64,000 nucleotides of DNA from Camelus ferus (lineage: Eukaryota). This document shows positions 24,481 to 38,408 of the stretch, piece by piece. The stretch spans positions 82,338,001-82,402,000 of the forward strand of contig NC_045697.1 of NCBI RefSeq assembly GCF_009834535.1, read 5' to 3'. A program made the translations under genes and the position numbers. Position 1 is the stretch's first letter. Each line of letters begins with the position of its first letter. Under the pieces are notes generated by a model. That model was not told the DNA's origin. It saw only the letters and a program-made list of their open reading frames with translations, and ran no database searches.

Positions 24481-26654
24481 GCTGGGGTTTTACTCTATTT
24501 TTTTTTTCCTGTACAGGGTCTCAACATCTATTTATTATAATCTTCATAGTTCAATAAATACTTGCAGGATTAAGGTAATATATGAAAAATTATGTCTTCC
24601 CACGCTCACCTCTGCTGAGAAAATGCCACACCCACAGGTCACTTCTCTGATAGCTAGTGGTATTGAACATTTTTTCATGTGCCTATAAATGTAGTATTGA
24701 GCTGAGTCTTAGAGGATGAATGGTCTTAGGGGTGTATCTTACTTTACACATTAGATGTGGACAAAATGTATAATAATTTTATTCAAGTCAAATGCAGTCC
24801 ACCAACTTCAGTAAGTACTGCTTCCATGTCACGTTTGCACACAAGAATCTTTGCTTCTGGGTGAGCCTAAGTTGTCTCCTCTTTAAGATTCAGAAATGAA
24901 AAGATTACCCTGTGCTGCGTGGCCACCCATCCTGGCACCACCAGGGAGTAGGGAGTGCTCTCCTGTAGTCTAGTTATCTGTTGATCTCCTTCCCCTAACA
25001 CTCATGGGCTTCCTTTCTCTTTTTCTCTCCCCTCACCCATCCTGTCCTCCCTTCATTCCTCTTAATAAGTAAAAATCCCTCAAGGCATCTGGCCTTCTGG
25101 GAAACAACAAAAACAACAACAACAGCAAAAAGCTGGGAAGATATATTATAGGACAAGTATTTTTTTCCCCTCTGGGAAAGTAAATTTTCCCTTGGTCAAA
25201 ATTCTGTACGCTTGGGAAACAGCTTGAAATAATAAGGGAAAAATAAAAGCATAGCAAAATGTAAACAATACCTCAACAAATTATCCTGCCATATGTGAAA
25301 AAAGGATGTGCTAGGAGGTCCTTGTTGGGGAACAGTAGCCAAAGAAGTGGCTTGGACAGTAATGTTTGAGAGACAATGAATGAACCAGTCTAATATCTAG
25401 AAGATAACTTGAATTCTCAAAAAAAGAATTAAAAGAGAAAATATTTTTCTAAATATTCTAGATTCATATTAAACTTAAATTGGGCAAAATTTAAAGAACA
25501 CTCTGACATGTAAAGAATACAAGGATACAGAGTTTATGTATAGCACTTTAGCTAACTAAGATTATTAGAAAATTTTCAGGAGCAGATTGATTTAAACAAA
25601 GCATGTTTTAGAAATTATTGAAGATAAGAAAATAGACTAGATTGAGGAAGGGAAAACCTAAAAGAATAAAGAATGAGTAGACAGGTTGAAACAGAAATGA
25701 GGTGTTTACTTTTTCAGCATATTTCATCTATGATAGTTGTGTGTCAAGTGTGAAATCTTACTGTAAATTGAAGTGCCATTGAGGTGATTAGCAAAATTAG
25801 GGGACAGTAAGTTAATGAGAAAGAGGAGTGAGGAATTGAAAGAAAACAATGACAGTGAGAAGGAACTTAGATTGCAAGTGATGTCTTGGGACTAGTATAG
25901 AGAATGTGACCAATTATTCATAAGAAAATTTAAAATATAAATGATACTGCAAATCATTTATTATTCTGAGAACTGCAAGAGGCGGGGAGGTTGACATACT
26001 GAAGTCCCACAGCTTGGAAGAGACATTTGAAAAATGAGCAAGGCAGCACAAAAAGCTCGGTTTAAATAAATTATATCTCAAATGCCAATGCCATTGGAAT
26101 GTTGAATGATGACAAAGTTTCCACATTTTCTTGCAAAATGCAAATCAGTTGGGCAAAATTAAATTCTGTTTGAATTACTTTTAATTTTAAAAAAAGTCAT
26201 TGGCTTTAATATAGGTGGAATGATTCACACTTTTTTTCTTGTTTCCCAAGAGGAAATTTGGGTTTAGGTCATCACATTTAAAAAGGAGTTTTGAAACCTA
26301 TTAGTAATAGAATTAGCAGTTATTCAAAGAAAAAAAAAAATCTTGATATTCTGCACTCCTTAATGTTAAGGGATCTTCAAAGGTTTGCTATTGTAATGCC
26401 CATGTAGAAATTAAAACTTCATTTGTTCTTTAAAATTGACTTAATAAAGAACTCTTAATTAGTAGACAAATATGTAGAGTGACAACCCAGAAGCCTTATG
26501 TACTGTTGCATCTCTGTGGTCAGTCAGCTCTGTGATCTTAGCTTCTCAGATTTTATTCTCACTTCATAGGCCTTATTTCTTAATTTGCCAGATTGCAAAA
26601 TTAAAAAAAAATTAATCTAGAACGAAAGATCATAAGCTAGATATGATGTATATT

Positions 26655-26972
26655 ATAGTACATTTGACTGGGTAGCTTTTAAACAACAGAAGTTTGTGTC
26701 TCACGTTTGTGGAGGCTGAAAGTCCTAGATCAGGGTTCCAGCATGGTCAGGTGAAGGGCCTCTTTTGAGTTGCAGACTTTTGGTATCCTCACATGGTAGA
26801 AGAGATGCAGGATCTCTGCCAGTTCTCTTTTAAAACACTAATCCCCTTAATAAGGGGTTTGCCCTCAGGATCTAATCATCTCTCAGGAGCCCCATCTCCC
26901 AATACTATCACCCTTGGGGCTTAGGATTCAACATATGAATTGGGGTAGGGGGCACATTCAGACAATAAAACA
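26655..26972 (-). mobile_element. MLT1A-like MaLR solo LTR
   Basis: ttaaacaacagaagtttgtgtctcac...ggaggctgaaagtcctagatcaggg...ggattcaacatatgaattgggg...cacattcagac. Confidence 0.85.
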
Positions 26973-27899
26973 TGAAAAAAGGGATTTGCTTGACCTATGG
27001 TGTTAATTTAAAAAAAAAAAATTCCAACATCAAACAAGGAAAATTTTACATTAAAGTCTAGATATATAGCTCCTTTTGAACCCTGGGTCTTTCTCACTCA
27101 GTTGCATTCCTTTTTGGACCTGCCACAGACAGCAAGTGAAGCTTCATCAGCTTGTTCTGTGTTGTTGGCCTGGTCCTTGTAGGGATTGAAGTTAATAAAC
27201 TCTGATCTAGATGATCAGTACATTCCCTTAAATATCTAAGAAATCTTGTTAGATGCTGTAAACAGATGGCATATATATTGAGGTGAATGTCTATGTGTGT
27301 TTTTAACTTACTTTTATAAATGTTGTTATTGTTTATATTTTCCTTTGTCAAACAATATACTGTTTTTTTACAAAGGTATTTCTTAACATTTTAACTAACT
27401 TTGTTATTATGTATATTATCCTAAGAAGCCAGATATTTTTGGAAATACAAATGAATTATATCTCTATCTCTGTATGTACATACATATATACACCTCATAT
27501 ACATATAATATAAATATACATTATATGCATTTATATGTGTGTGTGTATGAAGACAGAGACAGGGAGAGAAACACAGTCAGAAATACACAGACAGAGAAAG
27601 ACAAATTGTATATGTACATGTGTATGTAGACAGCACAAAAGAAAAGAAAAAGAATATATTTGATTACCTAAATTTAAGTGACATAATGAATTAAGCAAGA
27701 TAATGGATATCCTATATATCTATAGTATAGATTCACATGCACAAAAAATTCCATACTTGAGATGCTACATACAACACTGAATGGTGCTATGGCTTTATTA
27801 CAGTAAATATAAAATGGGTGAGACTTAAAACTATGAGTGACACAAAATAATTATTTTTTTCTAAAATATTTTAATAATCCACCAAATAAAAATTAGCTG

Positions 27900-28480
27900 T
27901 CTGATCACTGAAATGTAATATCATCATTGAGAAAATTAACATATTTTAAAAGAAAAAATTCAATTTTATATTTTGTTCCAGGATATATGTACATTTCATG
28001 TGGTCTTAACAAACGTTTGCAAATATAGTCTGCACAAAATTTTACTTTCCACCTTTTACTATCTAGAATTACAACAGATATTCTTTTCCATGTTAAAATC
28101 CTATTCATAATTATTTTCATGTCAGTGTAAAGTGTCTTCAAATGACAATATTTTAATTTGCTTAATGATTCAATGCCTTTACTATTTATAATTTTTCTTT
28201 ATTCTTATTGCTGCCATGCGCTTCTTTGTGCTTATAGTTTTTCTCCTCTTTTTTTCTTTCTTTTCTTCCCCCTCCTCTACTTCCCTTCTTCTTTTAAAGT
28301 GTTTTGTAAAGTACTTTTACAAGAATGGAATTATTGAGTCAAAGGTCAAAGTGATTTTTCTATAGTTTATGATATGCTTTGTCACATTCTTTATCAAAAG
28401 AATATGAATGAATTTGTACTGCCACATGAATGAACTAGTTCTGCTTGAAAGTTAGCAACACTTACCTATTATTACGTTAA
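27900..28480 (-). mobile_element. Ancient L1 (L1ME-like) fragment
   Basis: gaatggaattattgagtcaaagg...gaatttgtactgccaca...agcaacactt; very degenerate. Confidence 0.45.
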
Positions 28481-29111
28481 TTTACACTAATCAAAACACC
28501 TCATTGAAATAGGTGGTATTAATCATGAATATTTTAATATGAGGTTTGTGGTATTGGATAAAGTAAGTAAATAAAACATTCTATATTAGTAAATAAAAAT
28601 AGAAATGAAAAATCCATGTAATAGGTCCTACCATCAGCAGAACATAGGAAAACTAGTGTTTGAAAGAAAACTCCCTCAGCTTACTTCAAATTACATTGCT
28701 ATCAGTATAATTTTTTATGAAACCTTCCATAATTCAGAATCATATTTCTAGTTGCCACTCATTACAACAGTGAACAGTTAAATCAAATACTACTTTGCTG
28801 CACGACATTTTAATTTGCTTTCTAGAATATCTGAATATTTCAACTACTTTAATTATAAAAATTGAGCTGCATTTAAAGTTTTTGCTTGTCTAAGGCCTCA
28901 AATGAACAATTGAATCTGAATCTCAGATGACTGATAATTTGGAAGCGAGTAAAGGCAACATTTGAATTCAAATCTAAGTGAACAATCATTCTTAAGAAGG
29001 CTGTGTAAAATCAAATAACATGTAAAACAAGCTGCCCATTTACAGAATGAATGAATTCTGTGGGAGAAAAGAAACCTTAAATTGGAAAATCTAAAGAAAT
29101 TAATAAAAACT

Positions 29112-29140
29112 ACACACTCACACACACACACAGACACACA
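29112..29140. repeat. (CA)n microsatellite, imperfect
   Basis: acacactcacacacacacacagacacaca. Confidence 0.85.
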
Positions 29141-29379
29141 GGAGTCCACAAACAAGCAGAAATATAGATTGCTGGATAGAATGACAATGTTTTAGAAATG
29201 TTGATTATATCTAAATAATATGTAGATTTAATAGAATTATAATAGAAATTAAAGTGGGTATTTTAGAACTTGAATAGTTATGAAAAATTTGAAAGTTCTT
29301 CAGGAAAAATAGTAGGCAAGTAAATTTGTTTTGATAAAGAAATGAAATGGGAAAGATTTTTTACTACATGATATTCTGG

Positions 29380-30400
29380 TTTGTTACAAGGCATGATGAT
29401 TGAAACACTGCTGTTGGGATGCAAGAAAAGACACTCAAATCAGACAAATCAGAAACAGACCCTAATATATATCAACGTTTAACATATGACAAAGGAAATA
29501 TCACAAACCAATAGAAAAGGAGTGGGGTTTTCAATAAATTGTATCTAAATCATTGACATTTGGGGGTGAATAAAAACAAGAAAGTGCCTCATCTCCCATC
29601 ACCTACCAAAATTCAAAATAGATAAAAGCAAGATGAAATAAAAAATAAAGGAATGCTGGTATGCATATTAGTGAAACATTTATTGAATCTAGGATAGGGG
29701 GCATATAATAAACTTTAATTATAAAAAAAGCATTAAAAAGGGAAAATTATTACTTTCTTAAAATGCACATATCAAAAATCATAGTCACAATAGTAAGATA
29801 AAATCAATAGGGTAAATATATATCAAAATATTGATTGATGATTAAAATATACAGAATACTTGTGAAATTTATAAGAAAAATCCCAATAGGGTAAAACAAA
29901 CCAATGTACAAACAATCCATAGAAAACAAAATACAAAATAATTATTTTTAATCATCAATAATAATCAAAGAAATACAAGTTAAAATGACATTTTCACCTA
30001 TAAAATGTTCTAAGATTTAAGGTCACAGCATTCATAGATAGTATGGACAAGTAATATGAACATTTTCCGAATGTTAATTGGTTGAACAGACCTCAAAGAC
30101 ATGTTTTAAATTATTTGGCTAACATTTAAAAATATTCATATCCTTAATGCAGCTACTGTACATCTAAGAATCTATACAAAGGAAGTGATCAGAAATATAC
30201 CTAGTATGCCATTTTGCTTATTACAGTTTATGATGGCAAAATATTGGGAGTAACCAAAATATTCTAGTATAGCACTATTCAATTCTATAAAAAATAAATG
30301 TTTACAAATAGGAAACATATATGAATCAATTAGACCAAAATGTTCATAGGTTATCCTCTATGATGGAATATTATTGTATTTTCTATATTTCTAATATAGT
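29380..30400 (+). mobile_element. Ancient L1 (L1ME-like) ORF2 3' fragment
   Basis: cagaaacagaccctaatatatatcaacgtttaacatatgacaaagg; ataatcaaagaaatacaagttaaaatgac; ctaagaatctatacaaaggaagt. Confidence 0.6.
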
Positions 30401-31447
30401 TCTATAATTATCACATATTATATTATAATATATAATTCAATAATTCTAATATGATGATGGATTACTTTTATCTCATAAAAGTAAAAGTTTTCTAAACTTG
30501 AAATACATTTAAATAAAGTTAAATTTTATTTATTCATTTTAGAAAGGATGCATAATTAAATAAGAAAATTGATCTCCTGTTAGTTTTAAATGATTAAGAA
30601 GCCAAATTTCCAAAATATAAAGACACTGTATTTAGATTTTTTTCCTATTAAAATGTATAATTTCATTTTGGATTATTTAATCTGTCATTTCATTTCATAT
30701 TCTCTTTTTTCAAATCAGAATAATCAAAGTGTTTTAATATATATGATTCATATATTTAGAAAGTTTATGCATTTTTGTGTTTCACTAAGTATTAAATGAA
30801 GACAATAATAGCTAAATGGCCTACAGGCAAATAATAATTTCCTTTCTGTTACAAAGCTGGTAAAAAAAAATTGAAACTAAATTTATTGATCCAGTAAAAA
30901 ATCTTTATCTTTTTTTTCTGTGTTTGCAAACATCAACTTTTGAATGAATCTATTATCAAATCAGGTTAATGGTATATGAAAATTCTTTAAATCAAATAAA
31001 TGGATCCTAAACACTATGATATTCTTCCTAATTTATAATACAATTTATGTTTTCTTGTCTGAAGAGTTTTGTTTTTATGCAACTATGAATCACAGCATAC
31101 TTTTCTAGAAATGGAATATATAGGAATATATATTGTTTAAATTTTGGAATAAATAAGTCTTTCAGCAGTCACATTATTAAACTTTCATTACATGTGGCCC
31201 TCCACATTGAACAAAGGAGAAATTAAAAAGACCTTCATAACCCTAATTTCAAAGCATCAGAGAACAAATTTTACCCCCAAATTTTTCCTGAGAAAGAAAG
31301 GTTGCATCACAATCTTTCTTTTGATTCTTGTAAACATTTAATTTTTGCCTTGTCACTTTTTATAAAAATAGTAAACTGATTCTTTAATTAAACCACAAGA
31401 GAGCATGTGTTTGTGAAGTTATATGACAAATAATCCTATTTATGTTT

Positions 31448-31791
31448 TTTTTTTTTTTACTTTTTTTATTGAGGTATAGTCACTTTACAATGTTGTGTCA
31501 ATTTCTGGTGTACAGCACATGCACCCCAATGTTCATAGCAGCACTATTTACAATAGCCAAGACATGGAAACAACCTAAATGTCCATCGACAGATGACTGG
31601 ATAAAGAAGTTGTGGTATATTTATTCAATGGATACTACTCAGCCATAAAATAAGAATAAAATAATGCCATTTACAGCAACATGGATGGCCCTGGAGATTG
31701 TCTTCTAAGTGAAGTAACCCAGAAAGAGAAAGAAAAATACCATATGATATCACTCGTATGTGGAATCTGAAAAAAAAAAAAAAGACAAATT
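31448..31791 (-). mobile_element. Compact twin-primed (5'-inverted) young L1 with 12-bp TSD
   Basis: - strand 3' terminus (~31448-31518) joined to a + strand ORF2 end (31519-31790). TSD ctatttatgttt at 31436-31447 and 31792-31803. Confidence 0.9.
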
Positions 31792-32819
31792 CTATTTATG
31801 TTTGATTGTTTTGTTCTGCTGATTATAATTACTGATTTTGAAAAGCCATTCTCATTTCTCAAGTGCCTAACACAAAATTCATTAATAAGAAGTTCATTAT
31901 CTACCATGTAAAATTATACATACAGAGAGAAAGAAACATTTAGCAAAGTTCAGCCACATATAGCATAAGCTTGAAAATGAAATATGTCATTGGAAAATGT
32001 AAATGAATATGACGTGAGTAATATAGATAAGAGGTTGAAGCCTGTAGTTATTGAATTCTACTCACAATCAAATCCAACTGAAGTTTCTCCACAGCCACTG
32101 AAATCATGAGTTTTATTTCAGAAATCAGCCCACTGAAAAACAGAGACAATATGTTAAAACATTTTCAGTGGAGCAAGCCCTGGGAATCAACAAAGACTGA
32201 TTCTGGAGGATGACTGTGTCATGACAGAGCACTGTGATTCTTCATCTAATAAAATAAAGGACATACTCAAGAGTGCACAAATCTTTTTGTGGCTGTTTCA
32301 TTTTTATCATAACTACTTGGATGGGAGTACCTTGGACAATGTTTATGTCAACCAACGAAATATTACAGTAGCTAAATAAGCGAAAAGAATGTTTATTAGA
32401 CAAAAGCAGGGTATTGATTTATACTAAACTATGATCAAGAACAAGCTCCAGGTGGTTATTGGAATTAGAAAAATCAATGACAAGATGGAAAATAACATTA
32501 AAAAATGTACTCTCAGTAAATGCCTAATGTAGCATATAATGCGGCTGAGTAAACATAATAAAAGAAAATAGTTTCAGACTCTAGCTGTTCTGAATGTACC
32601 AACAGTAATCTTTTTATCAGATAACATAACAGCATTGATAAGTTAATTATTTTCTCTGGGGGAAAAGTTTAAATATTCTCTGAATTCCATACATAATCAA
32701 CAGATTAGAAGTTAATGGAATACCTTAAATTGAAGAATGAGCTCTTATAGAATTTTAGCTTCTATAAATCACATTATTTTTGACTGGTTTCACATTAAAT
32801 CTGGCACATATTTTCTTCG

Positions 32820-34870
32820 GTACTTTTATTTTGAAATAATGTTAGATTTACAGAAGAGCTGTCAATATAGTACAGAGTTCCAGTGTACCATTCACACAGC
32901 ACATAGCTTCTTAAAGCACCATGCTAATTTTATCAAACTAGGTATTCACATCAGTCCAATACTATTAACTAAACTACAGACTTTATTTGAGTTTCCCTGA
33001 TATTTTCACTAATTTCCCTTTTCTATCCCAGAACTGAATCTAGGCCAATAGTCTTCATGTCACTTTAGTGTCTTATAGCTAGTCAGTCTTTTTTTGGCTG
33101 TCATGACTGTGACGTTTTTGAAGAGTATTGGCCACATATTTCATAGAAATGTCCTTATTGAGTGAACTGAAATTACAATTTTGGGGGGAAAAAACACAGA
33201 AATTATGCTGCCTTCTCATTGTATCATATCAATAGTCTATTAAATCAATCTGATATCCTAGTGGTAATGGGTTAATGTATTGTCTACCACCCTTGCCAAC
33301 TGTCAAGGTACTGCTTCTCCTTTTCCATATTCTATTCATTAAGAGGGAGTCATTAAGTCTAGCTCATACGCAAGGGAAGAGAAATTAATCTTCACTTGGA
33401 CCGAGTAATAACAACAAACTTGTAGATGTATGTTAAAAGCACCATGGTAATTAATATAAATATTGTGCAAGGTACTGTGAGGCTATGCATGTATCCTGTT
33501 TCTTAACTATTTCCCTAGTAATTTTAGCATCCATCACTGAATCTTGCATGTAGCAATTATTACGGTGGTGTTCTAATGGTGATTTTTTAGCTCCTTTATT
33601 TCTTCTGTATTTATTAATTAGAATTCTTCTGTAAAGATGATTTATCCCTTCTCCTTTATCTGTTTATTTAATCATTTATTAATATTAGTATGGAATCATG
33701 GATATTTTGTTTTTTGAGTCATAATCCAATACTACTGTTATACTTTTGCTCAAATCGTTTCAGATTTTGCCAGTGGAGGCACTGTCAGGGAGGCTCACTT
33801 GTTGTTTTGACCCACCTACCACCTCGTGTCCTCCCTTCTCCTCTCCTATGTTCTCTCCCTCCTTTCCTCTCTCTTCCTCTCACTCCCATTTTCCTGATCT
33901 CTCTCCCCTCCACCCTCTGTCCTTCTTTTCTTCTTTCTTTCAGCACTTTCTGGACTTGCTGACACTACAGGATGCTTCAGGCTCGTCTTTCATCTCCCCC
34001 GCCAACAGCTCTGGAATCAGCTATTTTCCCAACGATGTCTGACTCCTTTTATTGAATAATGGTATCTTGAAAGAAAAATCTTGGAATGTGTATGCGTCCT
34101 TATGACTGGGGTGTCATTGCTTCTAAACCTTCTTTTAATGCCATATATATGTATACTAGCTAACATATACCCATATATTTAAATGTGTATCTGTCTCTCT
34201 CTGTAGTAAAAAATAAACATACATTTAGATTGATATTGATTCTAATCCAGAACATTAGTGTCTATGCTAGCATTCCTAGCTTGCTTATTTTACTGTAACG
34301 TATTGTAAAAGAGGAATCTAGCTGTCATCTGCAATATTTTTCATCTATTAATTCAACTATAGGATACATATAAAGTAGAATCAGAATTACTAAATTGTAC
34401 CCCTGTGACATAACTGTACTCCAACTACAGTTTTTATTCATAATTCTTTATGTTTTTATCCTTATGTCTGAGAACACATCTTTTCCAGAGTTGTTTAGGT
34501 TAGCTCATTCCTCCCCCACCCACTTCTGTGAGGTCATGTCATATATATATTGGAATAGAGTTAGATTTATTTGTCACAATCTGCATCCCATCCTGCCTGA
34601 TTCCTTTTTTTTCAGTCTGAATACAGTAAAAGTCATTGGTTATAGTGTACAGTTCTATGGGTTTTGATTAAAAAATAGTCACCTGTCTACACAGTAACAT
34701 AATGGATAACCCCATCACCCTACAAATTCCCTTTCGAAGACCCTTTGCAGAGAAAAGTTCTCTTTCCCCCATCTCTTCGAAACCTCTTATGTATTTCCTT
34801 TTCCTACAATTGTGCCTTTTTCCAGAATGCCATGTGAATGAAACCATATAATATGTAGCATTTGAGGGCT
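32820..34870 (-). mobile_element. Old L1 3' region (L1MC/L1MD-like)
   Basis: ttttattttgaaataatgttagatttacagaagagctgtcaatatagtacagagttcc; actattaactaaactacagacttta; gtgcctttttccagaatgccatgtgaatgaaacc. Confidence 0.7.
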
Positions 34871-35559
34871 TTACAATTCTTATCTAAAATTACAAAGTGA
34901 AAAAAATTACACAAAAAGTGAATTGAACTTCTAGCATGCTGTACACTCAGGATATCATCTTGCCTACCCTATCTGTTTTTGAAAAGATTTTTCTTCTTCT
35001 TTCATTCTACTTTTATTTTCTCAACAAAGTTACAATAGTCATCATGTTGTGGAAGTTAACTTTTCTGTTTGAAATTGATGCTGTTAAAAGATGAGGTTAG
35101 AAATGAGGATAAATGGTGTGAATGATTTTCCAAGAAATCTTGTGTACTTTCTCAGAAATTAAATCTCAAATCCAGGATGCTTTTTTCAAAGCTTTGACAA
35201 AATTGGGAATTCTTCCCACTTTTGAAATTGTGATAGGCATGGATGATTTTTCTACTGGTAGCAGAGGTCACTACTACAGATATGTTTTCTTGTCTAGTAG
35301 CTTCATTCAAGCAGAGTTTAAGAGTTTGTAAGGCAAGAAGTCCCTCTGAGTGATGGTCATACTGAGATTCATAATGAGAATTAATGAGGTAATTGAATAA
35401 ATGAGCCAAGCTAGAAGGTGCCATTCAGTTAATAGGGCTTTTGTATCTAATTGAACTAAAAGACATGATGGCTACAATATTTGGAAGAAGGCCACGTTCC
35501 TCCACATGCTTCTAATATGTACACTGTCACCAAGTTCATGCCTCCAAGTCTGTGGGGAG

Positions 35560-36900
35560 TCCTAACACCTAGGTCTCAGTGCCAGAAGAAAACCTATAAC
35601 AGTGTTTCTGAGCTGTTAGCTTCTGGGAAAATGGATTTGAGACCATGCCTTGTTATCTAAATGACTTCTTTCAGTTTCCTGTTTTTCCATTACTGCCTTT
35701 TTTTTCTGGTTGTAGATGTTACATAGCACCATATTGGCTATTGATCTCTTCTGTTCTTAAGAAAAAAACATGTTCTGTTCACAGTTTCAACTTCCTGTGT
35801 GTCAATCCCTCTTGATTGCCCCTCTGGGTCTTTATAGTAATTGCAACTTCCTGCCTTCTGGTGACTAAGTGTCACCTACTGGCCTCATGGCCTGGCCATC
35901 GGTTGGTCTCATGGATATCAACCAGCCCAGCTCTGTAGTCATCCCTCTTGCTACTAACTTATGTCTGCAGAGGATAATCTCCAGTAAGCATCTTAGTGAT
36001 GCTAGGGTCCCTTCCACAGTACATTCCTGATGACATTCAATGAATATAGTTTTGTCTGGTCCTCTGGTGGAACATAATCCAGGGGTGGGTATTCTGGCCT
36101 CAAGCAGTAAATTCTCCCCAGCACAGCAACCCTACCTCCTTCAGCCTCTTTAGTCCCTCCTCTTAAGTATGCCAGGGCAACCTAGATATTTCCATTTGGC
36201 TTAGCCTTAGCCATCACTTTCTAAGAGCCATGCTAGCAGTGAATTCACCTCTTTCCTTGGGGTCCTTCCTAGGATATTATACATTGTGTCCTAAGAAGGT
36301 GCCCCTAAGTCAATGAATTTTTATTTATTCAGTCTTAAATGTTGTGGCCGCCCTGATCAAGCACCTGCAAAATTTCATGCCAGGTGAACTCACCTGCCTC
36401 CTGCCTGTAGATGCTGATTCTTCCCATTCCACCCTCCCCTCCTATCAGGTGCAACCTGTCCCCAGTGAAGGTATGGTAGGACTTATGCTTAGATAAGGGT
36501 CTTACAGCCAAAAGAGTAGGTGGATGAAACTTCTCAGGGAAGTACGTGTTCGCCTGTGGAGGAGAAACCTCTGTAGCACTTCCCAGTACAGGGGAAATCT
36601 CTTATTTGGAAAGGGAGTGGTGGTGGGCACTTTTGCAAGAACTGAGGGTCCAGGTTGATTACAAAGCCAATATCCTCAGTAGCAACCACTACATATCAGC
36701 ATCCATGTTTCAGGATTGCAAGTTTTTTTTTTTTTTTTTTTTTTTTTTTTCCCTGCTGGAGCCCTAACCTTAGCATAACAGACCTGCAGTGGGTAAGATT
36801 TCAACATTTCTGTGAGACTCTAACCTATAGGGTGCACAAAGTCCAGAACTAATTTTCTGTATTTGATTGCCCTGGCTTGGGCATAATGCATATCTCTGAA
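35560..36900 (-). mobile_element. ERVL/MaLR internal (gag-like) remnant
   Basis: The reverse strand resembles the recalled ERVL gag-region consensus (ggtgcttgatcagggcgg...ctgaataaataaaaattcattgacttagggg; ggctgaaggaggtagggttgctg; ctacagagctgggctggttgatatccatg). No intact ORF. Confidence 0.7.
36723..36750. repeat. Poly-T tract (28 T)
   Basis: Direct reading. Confidence 0.95.
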
Positions 36901-37669
36901 ATAATCCCTGTTACCAGGGAAACAAGAAATTTCATTGAAGTCAGGGTCGTGTGCACTGGAGGCAGGCAGGAGTTAGCATCACCTGAAGTACATAGGCTGA
37001 GTGAGGGACAATTGCCTATTTACAATCAAAATCCTATTCACAATACTGTTTCCACAAAAGGAGGGTAGTGCTAGACAACAAACCCACAAATGTCAAAACA
37101 CAACAAAACAAAACAACTCCCCAATGGTTGACTCCTGTTTATTAAATATTTGTGCCTTCTGAGTTATTTGGAATCAAAATAAGAATTAAAAAAAGACTCC
37201 CCTAACAAAACACAAATTTGAGGCACGCCTTAGATCCAAAAATGGTCTTTCAATTGCTGGCCTTCCTCTTGTCTTCTAGAGCCTGGAGCACCTGACTTTT
37301 CAGGACACTGGAGAACAGAGGGCAGCGCCCAGTTTAGACTGCCTCTCGCCAGTGGTTCATCCATTCATTCAAGGAAACCATGGGTTTTGAGCCTACTACG
37401 TGATAGCCATGTTGTGCTGAATCTGTACATCTAGACTCAATCTCAAGTCCCATTCCTGGTGGAGCTCTTAGCCTGCCTACCGGATATGTATGAAGAAATA
37501 AAACTCCAAGGAGCCAGTGAAAGCAGGTGGGTGGCAGTAATTAAGTATAAATTATGCCGAGGCCAAGTGACAGTCATTACACTGTACTAAAATTATCACC
37601 ATTATAAGACGCATAGAGTAACTGACTATTCCCACCACCGTGCTAAGGAGCTGGGAGTAGATGCCCACG

Positions 37670-38370
37670 TGTGTGACTATAACCAACTTCGGAGCGCTCC
37701 GAAAAGCCGCCCTCCGTCGTTGCCTCAGGACACTCGCACCCACTTCCCAGGCGAGGAGACCCGGTTCTTCTTGGCGGCCGCCACCAACCTGCCCGGAGCC
37801 GCCTGGCCTGAGTCGGAGGGACGCCGTGGGCCCCACGCCGAGACCAGGCCGGGGGCAGGCAGATCAGCTGGATGGGCGGGACGGGAGCCCAGCAGACCCA
37901 GGTGCCTCCAGCCCCGGGCTCCCGGCCCCTCCCCTTCCCCCGGCGGGCGGGCGCGCGCGGGCCGGGAGCGGGGAGGCGGCGTGAGGGCGGCGGCGGCGCG
38001 GCGGGGCGGGTCCCGGGGCCGCGGAGCGCGTCGGAGCGAGCGCACGAGTCCCCGGCGCGCCCGCCGCGCTCTCCCCGCAGCCGCTCCCGCCCGGCGCCGC
38101 CCGCGCTCCGGGACCGGCCGAGGCTCCCACCCGCCGCGTCCAGGGGGACCGGCCTTCCGCGCGTCGTTCCCGCCCGGCTCCGGGCACCGCGTTGTCCCCG
38201 CGGAGGCCGAGGATCCCGGGGACGCCCGCAGCCCGAGGGAATCACCAGGGACCGGGCGGTCCTCGCCCAAAAGCCGGACCCGGCGCCTTGGGATGCGGAC
38301 TCCAGAGGTGGGGCGCGCGGTCAGGACGAGTTTCTCGCGGCTCGAAAGGGGTCCTAAAGCCGCCACTCGT
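37670..38370 (+). promoter_or_regulatory. CpG-island promoter and probable non-coding first exon of an unidentified + strand gene
   Basis: ~700 bp with very high GC and CpG. GC boxes (gggcggga ~37874, ggggcggg ~38003). + strand donors follow immediately, and the large downstream L1s are antisense, as expected in an intron. Confidence 0.85.
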
Positions 38371-38399
38371 TTTATTGAATCAGTCTTTCCTCTCCTGGT

Positions 38400-38408
38400 T
38401 GAGTAAGT
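38400..38408 (+). other. Candidate 5' splice donor ending exon 1 (TGA|GTAAGT)
   Basis: GTAAGT at 38403-38408, at the 3' edge of the CpG island. Confidence 0.55.

Noticed and set aside
36723..36750. Poly-T as a solo poly-A retro-insertion
   Set aside because: No flanking TSD visible; simple homopolymer expansion suffices
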